A stretch of 64,000 nucleotides of DNA from Octopus sinensis. Its lineage: Eukaryota. The stretch covers positions 20,026,001-20,090,000 of the forward strand of contig NC_043016.1 of the NCBI RefSeq assembly GCF_006345805.1. The letters run 5' to 3'. A model generated the notes under the pieces. The model saw only the letters and a program-made list of their open reading frames with translations. It did no database searches and had not been told where the DNA came from. This document shows, in pieces, positions 24,292 through 36,995 of this stretch. Positions within the stretch are counted from its first letter, which is position 1. Every line of letters starts with the position of its first letter. The translations under genes were made by a program, and so were the position numbers.

Positions 24292-25085
24292 GAATTTTTT
24301 GTGTAATGAGATAATAAACCAAGGCTGTGTAGATATTAGAACATTTATAGATAGGTCTTACAGCTGTTTCCAGGATATTTATTAATTATAGTATAAACTC
24401 TCTACTTGGAATGACCAAATTTAAAAACTGCTGTATCTCACTCATAGGGGAATCTTACATTGTATGTAAACTATATTTATAATGGGGTAGAAAGGGCTCC
24501 TTAGCCGTAGTGAAGGCAATCTATCTAGGGAGATAACCTTACAATAAATCACTGGGTCCGTAGCTTAGAAATACTGGGTTGACGTCCTGCGGGAACAGCT
24601 TTGTTTCATGGAGGAGGAAAGATCTTCTTTAGTACTTGGTTGTACAATGCTTTCCAATGTGTGTAGTAGTGGCGCGCGCACACATTATTAGCCATTTGAA
24701 AAGACTATGAAAGTCTCGACCACGGTCGAACAATGATGATGATGAAACTATATTTGGAAGGATCCATTTTAAACTCTGTTGGACCTTTGGACTTACTCAT
24801 AGGGTATTGGAATATTACATACATACCATTCTGCATAAAATAAAAAAAAAATGGATCTACAACTTCAATTTTTGCATATCTTGCATCTATTTTCTTTCCT
24901 CCACCTCACTCTCTATTTTGTATCACATCTAAACTAACTATGGCTTAATCATCCTCTCACACTGTCTCCGATGAAGAGATATAATTAATAAATATCCTGG
25001 AAACAGCTGTAAGACCTTCTATCTATAAATGTTCAAATATCTACACAGCCTTGGTGTTTTATCTCATTACACAAAAAATTCTTAT
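24292..25085. mobile_element. Penelope-like remnant with inverted terminal copies (24292-24390 / 24980-25081)
   Basis: ~100-bp arms about 90% identical by eye; both contain GAAACAGCTGTAAGAC. Confidence 0.65.
24964..25015 (+). ncRNA. Minimal type-I hammerhead motif with CCGAUGA (U4C) core
   Basis: GUCU-CCGAUGA-[AG A GAUAU..AUAUC CU G]-GAAAC-AGCU-GUA-AGAC; self-complementary stem III ACAGCUGU. Confidence 0.6.
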
Positions 25086-26873
25086 ATACACACGCTGACA
25101 TAGAACCAACGTTGAACCCCTTATCATAAAATTACCGAATCTGGAACTTAACTATCAGCATTACCTAACACCTTTGGGTCTCAATGACACCATTATCTCT
25201 TTTATATATATATATATATCCAAGAAATGGACTTGCTGTTTGTACTCAAGAAATGGACTTGATGTTTGTACCCAAGAAATGGACAGCACACAGAGTATAG
25301 GTTATTATTTCTATAACATCATTCTCTATTAGCAAATTTTTTTTCTTGCAACAATTTAAAGGAATGTTAAAGATAATTTATTTTAGTAACATGAACTATA
25401 CATATAAAGAATTAAATAAATAAAAAACAGTGGAAAGTTTTGTAATTTGGGGCAGGGTAAAGGTGAATATTTAAAAGAATTAGCAGTGTGTAAGATGTTT
25501 GTAAGCAATTTCAGAACAATAAAACCTGTTACTTTTACTGTAACATTTAAATTTCATTTTGATTAAATATTTTCATTCTTCAAAAACCGCGACAAAACCC
25601 TGACAAAAATTCGTGTTACATTTGTTTTGTCAGTGAACGAGTCATGGTTTTAAAGCAACAAAAATATTGAGATTGAAATGAGATTTAAATCATCATTTAA
25701 CGTCCGCCTTCCATGCAAGCATGGGTTGGACAATTTTGACAGGGCTGGTGAACCAGACGGCCGCACCAATCTTGATCTGGCAGAGTTTCTACAGCTGGAT
25801 GCCCTTCCTAACGCCAACCACTCCGAGAGTGTAGTGGGTGCTTTTTATGTGCCACTGGCACGGGGCCAGTCAGGCGGTACTGGCAATGACCTCACTCAAA
25901 TCTTTTTACACATGCCACCGGCACAGGTGCCAGTAAGGCAACGTTGGTAATGATCACGCTCGAATGGTGCCCTTTTATGTGCCACCAGCATAAAGCCAGT
26001 TGGCTGCTCTGGCAACAATCACACTTGGATGGTGCTCTTGGCACCCTACTAGCACAGGCACAAGTGTCAGTAAGGCGACGCTGGTAACGAGTATGTTCTA
26101 GAATGGCTTACAAACATCTATGCTGCAATTATTTCTGTTTAGACCATTATGCAGAAAACAGAATTGAAAAAATTTTGTGTACAAATTTTTGTTTTCATCT
26201 TCGCTTATAGCATAGATAATTTTTCCTCTAAAATGCCACCTTCGGCCTGAGGCTATAGTTGAAGACACTTGCCCAAGGTGCCATGCAGTGGGATTAAACT
26301 CAGAACCGTGTGGTTAGGAAGAATACCCATTTTCTTGAGGAAAAAAATCGTATTGTATGAATTTTCCTGCCCCCCTCATTTGCCAGTGTGCATTTTTTTT
26401 TGGCATATTCATTTACTACATGTTGGTTTACACCTATTACACTTTTTTTCTAATTTTGTGACAGGGTGTTGACTTTTTGGATCCTGTGAGTTTGATTGTG
26501 CGAATTTTCCGAGTCATTTCTCCACCCACCCCCATTTGCCAGCGTGCATTTTCTTATTTTTTGCATATTCGTTTACTACATGCTGTTTTACACTATTTTA
26601 TTTTCATTGTTTTGCTCGGGTCAAAAAACTGGAGGTGAATCACTGAAACAAGTTAAAAAAAATAAAAGAATATATATGGTGGGCTTTTGTACATTCCTTG
26701 TACCAAATGCTATTGTAAAAATATCATATGAAGTGCAAGAAAAACAAATTTCAGACACCTAGCTTCTTAAAAAATTAAATATAAGCATTTTTCAATCACT
26801 TCGTATAAGACAAAAACAAAAACAATAGAAAAGATTCAGATTATTTTATTTAAAAAAAAAACAACAAAAACTT

Positions 26874-26937
26874 TTATCTGTGAGTGAAAATTCCAAGTTG
26901 GGAATCATATTTGAATGGTTTATTCCGGTTTGGACCC
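26874..26937 (-). CDS. THOC5: THOC5 terminal coding exon
   Basis: ttgcag|G GGT...AGA TAA; [20 protein letters not shown]; AATAAA (minus strand) at 26850-26845. Confidence 0.95.
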
Positions 26938-29900
26938 CTGCAAAAAAAAAAAAAAAGATTCCAATTAGAAACAATTACAGAGAATAACAGGTAAAATATT
27001 GCAAGAGCATGTTTTATAGAAATTTTGTCTTTTATAAAGCATTTGATGATCAACAAGCATTGTTGAGTTAATAAGTGGTTCACAGTATCAGACTCCAGTC
27101 TGATTTGGTATGACTTTCTACAGCTGGATGCCCTTCCTAATGCCAACCACTCCGAGAGTGTAATGGGTGCTTTTACGTGCGACCGGCATGGGTGTCATTT
27201 GCATGTCACTAGTATCTGACATTAAGATTTTTGAGATTACCAGGAGCCAAACTTGGAATCTATAGATCCATAGTCAGACCATGTTACCTGCTTTAACTGG
27301 TTTTTTGTTACCCTTTACTTGTTTCAGTCATTAGACTGTGGTCATGCTGGAGCACACCCTGAGGAATTTTAGTAGAACCAATCACCCCAGTAACTTATTC
27401 TATCGGTCTCTTTTGCCAAACCACTAAATGACAGGGATGTAAACACACAAACACTGGTTGTTAAGTGGGGATGGGGGACAAACACAGACACATACATATC
27501 TGTCTGTAGATCACAACATCTATTAGAGGAAGACGAAGAACCAAAATATATATCACAATGCATTTTTAGAAGAAGGGGAGGAGAAAAAGTTGTTGAGAGA
27601 GAAACACAGTGAGAGAGTGTGACAGATAGATAGTGTTATCACTATGGTAGCTAAAAAGTTTTGATTTAAAACGAGAGAATTTTAAGCGAAAGTCTGTCAA
27701 CACAACGTAACAGCCTTCAGAAAAAGACTATATGTATATCTGTTTTTTTAAAATTTTATGTGCGTTATGTGTGTTTCTGTGTCTTTTAACATATGACAGT
27801 GCAACACAGGCTTCAAAAGAAGACTTTCACTTTGAATAGAATGGAAAAAGCTGTTGTTGAGAGAGAGAGAGGGTGAAAGATAGATAGGCAGTGTTGTCAT
27901 TATAGTAACTAACAAGTTTTGATTAAAAATGCAGAACTTGAAGTGCAAGTCTGTCAACACAATGCAACACACATGTTGGAAGGTTGTTTGTTTATGTTTG
28001 TATCTTTCAACATATAGACAATGCAACACAGACTTTAAAAACAGACTTTCACTTTAAATAGAAGGGGAGGAAAAAAATAGTGTGTGAGAGAGAGAGTGTG
28101 TGTGTGTGTGTGTGTGTGAGAAAAAAAGATAGTGTTTTCACCTTAGTGACTAACAAGTTTTGATTAAAAACATGGGAATTTTAAATGCAAATCTGTCAAC
28201 ATAAACACAGAAAAAAAAAGCTATTTGTATATAATATATATATAGCTTTTTTTTTTGGTTGTATGTGTGTATGTCTTTCGACATATAGACAATGTAACAC
28301 AGACTTCAAAGAAAAAAACTTTCACTTTGAACAATTTATGAAGGTACATGCGTGATTAACTAATATTTTTATTGGCAGCATAGCAATGGGCAATGATCTG
28401 GTACATATATCACCATCATCATCATTTAACGCCTGTTTTCCATGCTGGCACAGGTTCTTTCATTTTCTCCCTACCAAATCTCTTCACAAGGCTATAGTAG
28501 AAGACACTTGCCCAAGGTGCTGCACAGCCATACCTGTGCCACAAGTCAGTGAGAGAGACAGAGTGTATGTGTGTGGCTTTGTATTATGAAGAGGTATATT
28601 GATCCCATCGTTCTAGTGAGAAAACTACAAGACAAATACTTAGCTAGAAGAAGGCCACTATAATTAGCAACTTTAAACCTAGAGAAGGCTTTAAAATTCA
28701 GATTACTCTGTCAAGTGTAATGTTTGTTTATTTGAGATATCAAAGATGTGGTTGTCTATTTTAAGAATGACATTGCAAGGTAGGTGTGGGAGGCCAGATC
28801 TGGCCAGTTTTAGCATAAAACAGGTGGAATATTTTGGCTGGATATGGTCAGTTTAAACCTAGAGAAGGCTTTCTATTGTTCTTAGTTCTTTATTGCCCAC
28901 AAGGGGCTAAACATAGAGAGGACTAACAAGGACAGACAAAGGGATTAAGTCGATTACATCGACCCCAGTTCGTAACTGGTACTTAATTTATCGACCCCGA
29001 AAGGATGAAAGGCAAAGTCGACTTTGGCGGAATTTGAACTCAGAATGTAACGGCAGATGAAATACCGCTAAGCATTTTGCCCGGCATGCTAACATTTCTA
29101 CCAGCTCGCCGCCTTTCTATTGTTCTGTCATCTGGTGGGCACACAGGAAGCTTGGAATAGGTGAATGGGAAGTGAGGACCATACAAGCTATATTATACAT
29201 AGAATGCAATTAGAATAGCAAAAACAATGAGTACAGTGTATAAGTTAGAGTCTACCAGGACTAAGTTCTCAGCCCTCTTCTGTTTACTATAAGTCTTCCA
29301 AAAGTATAACAAAGCAGTTTAAAATCTGAACACCTGTAAGCTGATAAACCTTATTCTTGTAGCAGAATCTGTGGAAGATTAAAGAAGAAATTCCAGTCAT
29401 GGAAGCAAAATCTGGAACTGAAGGGAGTTTACATAAATAACCAAGAGTAAAGTTCTAATAGGTAGATAAGAAGACAAGGCTCTGATGCCATCAAAGAAAT
29501 GATTGGGCTCAGTATACAAAAATAGGAATTGGTAGAAACTCCATACAGAGTGACTCGTGTGAGTACAAATGTGCGCATGTGTGTGTGTGTTGTTATGGTT
29601 GTTTGTCATCTCTTGACAGCTGGTGTTGCTTTGGTTATGCTCCTTTAATTTATGTCATGTGGCTAAAAGAGAAACCAACAGAATAAGTACCAGATCTCTT
29701 CAAGGTAGTTTCAAAGTTCAAGTAAAAGAAAATATATAATCCAACCCATGCCAGCATGGAAAACGAATGTTAAAGGATGATGATGGTATCAGGTATGAAG
29801 GTGGTGAGCAGGCAGAAACGTTAGCACGCCGGGCGAAATGTGTAGCTGTATTTCGTCTGCCGTTATGTTCTGAGTTCAAATTCTGCCGAGGTCAACTTTG

Positions 29901-32900
29901 CCTTTTATCCTTTCGGGGTTGATTAAATAAGTACCAGTTACGCACTGAGGTCGATATAATCGACTTAATCCGTTTGTCTGTCCTTGTTTGTCCTCTCTGT
30001 GTTTAGCCCTTTGTGGGTAGTAAAGAAATAGGTATCAGGTGTTTGTGTGAGTGCTTGTGTGTGCACATTGTAAATGATACAAAATTTTTCAGTCCTTAGT
30101 TTTAGAGTTGGTTTGTCTATTCTGAGATGATACTTGCAGTCTATTAGCCTATCTTCAGAGAGCATAAACTTTTGATTTATTATGTATGACTATAGTTCTT
30201 AATGCTGACCAGAATGTAAATTACTTCAGCTTTCTTCAATTAGGTCATTGTAACCTAATTATTTTTACAATTTTCATTTTGAAGAGAAAAACTGGAAGAG
30301 AACATAAAAAAATTTTTTAAGAATAACCTTGCAAGACGTGGATAAATCTTCTCTCGTGATATTTCCACAGGGCCTTCTCTAGCCATGTTTTTAGCTTCTG
30401 TTTCCAGATAGACGTCAAAGCACATGGTTAATCGCTGCAGTTGGTTTGAAAGTATTTGGTCCCGAGATTGCTGCAGTATTAATTCTTCATAATGAACATT
30501 CACTTCACTTTCCATTTCCTTCAATGTTTTTGGTTTGTGTGTTTTCATGTAATTAAAAGAAACAAAGAAAGAGATGGACAATCAATCAAAAAATATAATT
30601 AACTCATTAAAGGTCAAAATTCAACTATGAATATTATTTGTAAAGTTTTTACATATTTTTTAGATCCTAAGGACTCTTTGATTGTATCTTTTATGCTATA
30701 TTGCTTATTTTTAATGGTATACTTAGAGAATATTGTAAATATGAAATATGTAATGAAAGAAATACAAAATCTTTGTAATAATGTTTACATTAAATTTTAA
30801 AATCTTTGTCCCCAAAATGGAACATAGACTTAATTAATTACTGTAAATCCTTGAGTGTAGTCCGCCCTTGAATATAATACAAAGGGGATTTTTAGGGGGC
30901 TGTATCTCTGAAAAACCTAAATCTTGTGTATAATATGCACCCTTTCTCTAACTTGAGTCAAGGAGGTCTATATAACATCCTTGATTTGCAAAAAAGTATA
31001 CGGTAACATACTTTATTATTATTGTATATATAACATAATGCAAACATGTAGCTTTTTTGTGCATTTTGTTTGCAGAAAATAAAGAAATAACAGTAATAAT
31101 GTTTAATAAATGTTGCTAACTGTAAGTTATGGATGATTTTTATATGACTTCATTGCGCTTTCAGGCTTAGCTTAAGGTATTTTCGTGCCCAACAGCACAA
31201 AATGCGTCTGAATAAACGTTGCCGGACAGCAAATAGAAATTCGGACATTACTCGAGGATTTACGATAACTTGAAGATGTCAGTGCCCCACAGACTGGCTC
31301 CTATGCTGGTGGCACATAAAAAGTACCATCTGCATGTAGCCAATGCCAATGCCCCCTGACTGGCTCCCATGCTGGTGGCACATAAAAAGCACTATCCGAA
31401 TGTGATCGATGCCAGGCCCGCCTGACTGGCTCCTGTGCCGGTGGCATGTAAAAAGCACCCATTACACTCTTGGAGTGGTTGGCATTAGGAAAGGCATCCA
31501 GCTGTAGAAACTCTGTGAGATCAGACCGGAGCCTGGTGCAGCCATCTGGCTCGACAGTCCTCAGTCAAATCGTCCAACCCATGCCAGCATGGAAAGTGGA
31601 CGTTAAACAATGATGATGATCATCATCATTTTTGTTAAACGAAGTGGAAGACAGAAGATGTAGAGAAAAAATGGCTAAGGCTGATTGTAGGATGCTGAAT
31701 CCCATGAAAGACACAAGGGACCCTAACAACAAGCAATTGATGAGATGCTGAGCTAGATCAGACTCATCCAATATCCATCCAGTGTAAAGAAAATTCATAT
31801 ACAAAACCACTCACCTGCACATGATAATCATTTAGAGCTGTTCTTACAGTGTGCCACTGTACACAAAGTGAAAACATAGGAACAATAACGGGATAATTGG
31901 GTGGTACAACAACCTGGCAGATAAGCTTGGCAGAACTTCTTTCTAGAACCGCAGTGAAGAACATGTCAGATTCATGAGCAAAACCTTCTTTAACAAGACT
32001 CTGACAATATGGTAAGTTCTGAAAATAAAAGACAAATTATGTTTCTGTATATCTAACAAAACTTAGATTGATCAAAATTGGTGAGTGTTTTAACCCTTTA
32101 AACCAACCATATCAGGTTGAAATATTCTACCTGTTTTATGCTCAAAATGACCAGATTTAGCCTCTCCCATTTACCCTATAATGTCATTCTGAAAGTAAAC
32201 AATCACATCACTGAAATCCCAAAGCTACGAGATAGTTCCCGCTTAATTGAAAACAATATGAATAAATAAGTATTACATATGAGAGAATAACCTGAAGGCT
32301 AAAGAGTTAAGCACATTTTTTGAGGTTATTCTGGCCAATGTATCTCTTGGTCAGCTTTAGGTTTTATACATGTGCGTATGTGAGTAAGTGAAAGACCATG
32401 CTGACTTGTGATACACAATGCTGCAGAAGACCCAATCTCCTGCACAAGTCTAGTGTACACACCTCACCCTCCTTGTCTGTTGTGCTTTTTGTACATGCAT
32501 TACTACCCGTTCATTGCCCAGTCTACACCATCACATACAACCACCACCATCATCATCACCATCTATTCTCTAAACAGTTGTACCTATTCAGTAATCTCAT
32601 GTACCCAGTGTCATAACAGAGAGAACAATACTCATAATGTGCAGATTGGATATCTCCATTCCTTATGCTTCCCCACCGCTTTCCTTCTAAACGGTGATGC
32701 TCGAGTGGCAAGAATTGCACTCTGGTAACCTTTACTCACCATTCTCGACTCTCCTGTTTACTATGCTGTCAAGGATATGCAGAAGAGTCAAATATATAAA
32801 CTGTAATATTTTAGATTAAAAACAATATTACTTAAGATTATTTCTCGACAGAATATAAGGGCGTGCAATTAAGAAGTTGGCTTCCCAAACACATGGTTTT

Positions 32901-35895
32901 GGATTCAGCCCCACTGTGTGACACCTAAGGCAAGTATCTTCTATATAACTCCAGGCTGACCAAAGTCTTGTGAATGAACTAGGTAGTTGGAAGCTGAAAG
33001 AAGGCGCCCACCCTATATGTGTGTGTGTGTGAACATTTGTGCTTCTCTGACAAAAAAATGAAATAAAATAATGAGAGAGAGAGAGCTACAAATAATGATT
33101 TTGTTGTCATTTCCTCACCTATTTCTGCAAGTTTTTTTTTTTTTTGAAAGACATGTAAAATAACAGTTAATGGTTACCAACAGGAAGAGCATCTAGTTGT
33201 ACCACAATGCTTCAATAAAACACAGCTAATCCAAGCTACCATTCAAATGGCTTCCATAAAAAGAAAAAAAACACATGACAAGCAAACTTACGGAAAATTC
33301 TTCAAACGTAGAACGTCTCCAGGAAGTGAGGTGGGTGATAATCTTAGCAGGATACAGGTTTGTGTACTCCCCACTGACAGGGATGAATGATCTCTCTGTA
33401 GATAATAGAAAAAGATGATAATAATAATAATAATAATTTGGTGAAAGTAAAACATATTTGTGAAGAAATTTTGGAGGTTGGAAAAACAAAAACAAAAAAA
33501 GAAAAGAAAAAGAGACTATGAACACATTGAAGATTGCACAACATGTCAGAAAGCACAGACATGCTTTTGCAGTGGACTGCAAGTAAATGTTACTGTTGGT
33601 GAAATGCTTATTTACTATCATTGACCGTAGCCAGTACCGCATCGACTGGCCTCCGTGCTGTGGGCACGTAACAAACAACATCCGAGCGTGGCCGTTCGCC
33701 AGCCTCGTCTGGCACCTGTGTCGGTGGCACATAAGAAAACACCATCCGAGCGTGGCCGTCTGCCAGCCTTGTCTGGCACCTGTGTCGGTGGCACATAAGA
33801 AAACACCATCCGAGCGTGGCCGTCTGTCAGCCTCGTCTGGCACCTGTGTCGGTGGCACATAAAATCACCCACTACACCCGGGTGGTGGCATTAGGAAGGG
33901 CATCCAGCTGTAGAAACACTGCCAGATCTGACTGGCTGGTGCAGCCTTTGAGCTTGCCAGACCCCAGTTGAACCGTCCAACCCATGCTAGCATGGAAAGC
34001 GGACGTTAACGATGATGATGATGATGATGATGATTGAGTGCACATGTGTGAATGAAGGAGATATAAACCCAATCACACAAACATACATATTTACACATGA
34101 TGGGCCTCTCTCTCTCTCTTTTTGTCTACCAAATCCACTCGCAAGGCTTTGGTTAGCCTGGGGTTATAGTACAAAAGTGTTATAAAGTGTCTTTAATCCT
34201 CCATCTCAGGACTTTATGCAATGAATTTATCTGAAGCCATCAGAATATACAAAATCACTTGTTTTCTTTATAAGTGAGGACCGTTAGTTTACATCATCAT
34301 CATTTAACGTCCGCTTTCCATGCTAGCATGGGTTAGACGGTTCAACTGGGGTCTGGGGAGCCCGAAGGCTGCACCAGGCCAGTCAGATCTGGCAGTATTT
34401 CTACAGCTGGATGCCCTTCCTAACGCCAACCACTCCGAGAGTGTAGTGGGTGATTTTATGTGCCACCGACACAGGTGCCAGACGAGGCTGGCGAACGGCC
34501 ACGCTCGGATGGTGTTTTTATGTGCCACCGACACAGGTGCCAGATGAAGCTGGCGAACGGCCACGCTCGGATGGTGTTTTTATGTGCCACCGACACAGGT
34601 GCCAGACAAGCTAGCAGACGACCACGCTCGGATGGTGTTTTTATGTGCCACCGACACAGGTGCCAGACGAGGCTGGCGAACGGCCACGCTCGGATGGTGT
34701 TTTAATGTTGCCACCGACACAGGTGCCAGACAAGGCTAGCAGACGACCACGCTCGGATGGTGTTTTTTTATGTGCCACCGACACAGGTGCCAGACGAGGC
34801 TGGCGAACGGCCACGCTCGGATGTTGTTTTTATGTGCCACCGACACAGGTGCCAGACAAGGCTAGCAGACGACCACGCTCTGATGGTGTTTTTTTATGTG
34901 CCACCGACACAGGAGCCAGATTAGGCTGGCGATCAGCCACGATTGGATGGTGATTGTTACGTGCCCACAGCATGGAGGCAGTCGGGCGGTACTGGCTACG
35001 GCCACGTTCGGATGGTTTTCTTGTGTGCCACCGGCACTGGTACCACAAAGATACAAATCCATTGGATTTCATCTATTTTGATTTTGATTTTCACTTGCCT
35101 CAACAGGTCTTCACAAGGTCACAAGAAGGAAGGTATGCACAGGTGGACTGACTACGTCCAGGTAGGGGCCACGGGTTATGGCCTGACTAGTCTTGCCGGG
35201 TCTTCTCACGCACGCATACTTCCATAGGTCTCGGTCTCTAGTCATTTCCTGGTGAGACCCAAAGTTCGTAGTCGTGCTTCACCACTTCGTCCCAGGTTTT
35301 CCTGGGTCTACCTCTTCCCAGGTTCCCTCAACTGCTAGGGTGTAGCACTTTTGCACACAACTATCTTCAGCCATTCTCGTCATACGACCATACCAGCGCA
35401 GCCGTCTCTCTTGCACACCACAAACTGCCGCTTCTTAGGTTCAACTTTTCTCTGAAGCGTCAAATTTACATTAATTTCTCACGTTGCAAGTTCAAATCAC
35501 ATTCGTTTTGATTTTGCCTTTCATATTTCTAGTATTGTTTTTATGTTGCTTCAGGTCAGCCTTCTCTGAGTAAGCTTAAAAACAAAACTCTTCCAGCAGT
35601 GTGTACCAGAGATTAAATAGTCCTGTGTTTTCATTCATTATTGATATTAGAGTGAAATTTGAAGAAGGTTTAGCTGCTATTTCTAGCAATAAAAGTAACC
35701 AAATAGAAACTGTTTCATTGGCTTGTCCATCTGGGACTGGTTAAGCTGCAAATTAGTGGTATCAATAGAACATCAGACAAAAATCTTGTGAGATTTAGTT
35801 TCTGAGCTTAAATTTTGCTGCAGCCAACTTTGGCATTCACTCCTCTGAGGAGTTGGCAAAACAAAACCTCTGACAGATACTGGGGGACCAACACA

Positions 35896-35939
<44 letters not shown>

Positions 35940-36134
35940 ATATCTATATAATATATATATATATATTATATATATATAATATATATATATATATATAAAT
36001 ATATATATATTATATATATATATAATATATAAATATATATATATTTATAATATATATATATATATATAAATATAAATATATATAAATATAAATATATAAA
36101 TATAAATAATATATATATATAAATATATATTATA

Positions 36135-36181
<47 letters not shown>

Positions 36182-36361
36182 TTACTATATATATATAATA
36201 AATATATATATATTATAATATATATATATATATATAATATATATATATATATATAAATATAAATATAAATATAAATATATATATATATATAAATATATAT
36301 ATATAAATAAATATATATATTATATATATATAAATATAATATATATAAATATATATATATT

Positions 36362-36409
<48 letters not shown>

Positions 36410-36436
36410 TATATATAATATATATATATATATAAA

Positions 36437-36468
<32 letters not shown>

Positions 36469-36587
36469 ATAATATATATATATATATAATTATATATATA
36501 TATATATATAAATATATATATAATATATATATAAATATAATATATATATAATAATATAAATATATATATATATATATAATAAATATA

Positions 36588-36620
<33 letters not shown>

Positions 36621-36962
36621 AATATATACTCTTTTATTCTTTTACTTGTTTCAGCCATCCGGCTGAGGCCATGCTGGGGCACCGCCCTTGTAAAAGTTGG
36701 GCTGCCGTGACGTTGTGGTAAGTAGCTTGCTAACCAACCACATGGTTCCGGGTTCAGTCCCACTGCGTGGCATCTTGGGCAAGTGTCTTCTGCTTTAGCC
36801 CTGCTGACCAATGCCTTGTGAGTGGATTTGGTAGACGGAAACTGAAAGAAGCCTGTCGTATATATATGTGTATATATATATATAAATATATATATATACA
36901 TTTATATATATATAATATATAGATATATATATATATATATATATAAATATATATATATACAT

Positions 36963-36995
<33 letters not shown>

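Noticed and set aside
36320-36901. 193-aa I/Y-rich ORF and other low-complexity ORFs (6786-7370, 40788-41139, 42287-42539)
   Set aside because: They arise from (TA)n, (CTT)n and (ATT)n microsatellites that lack stop codons.
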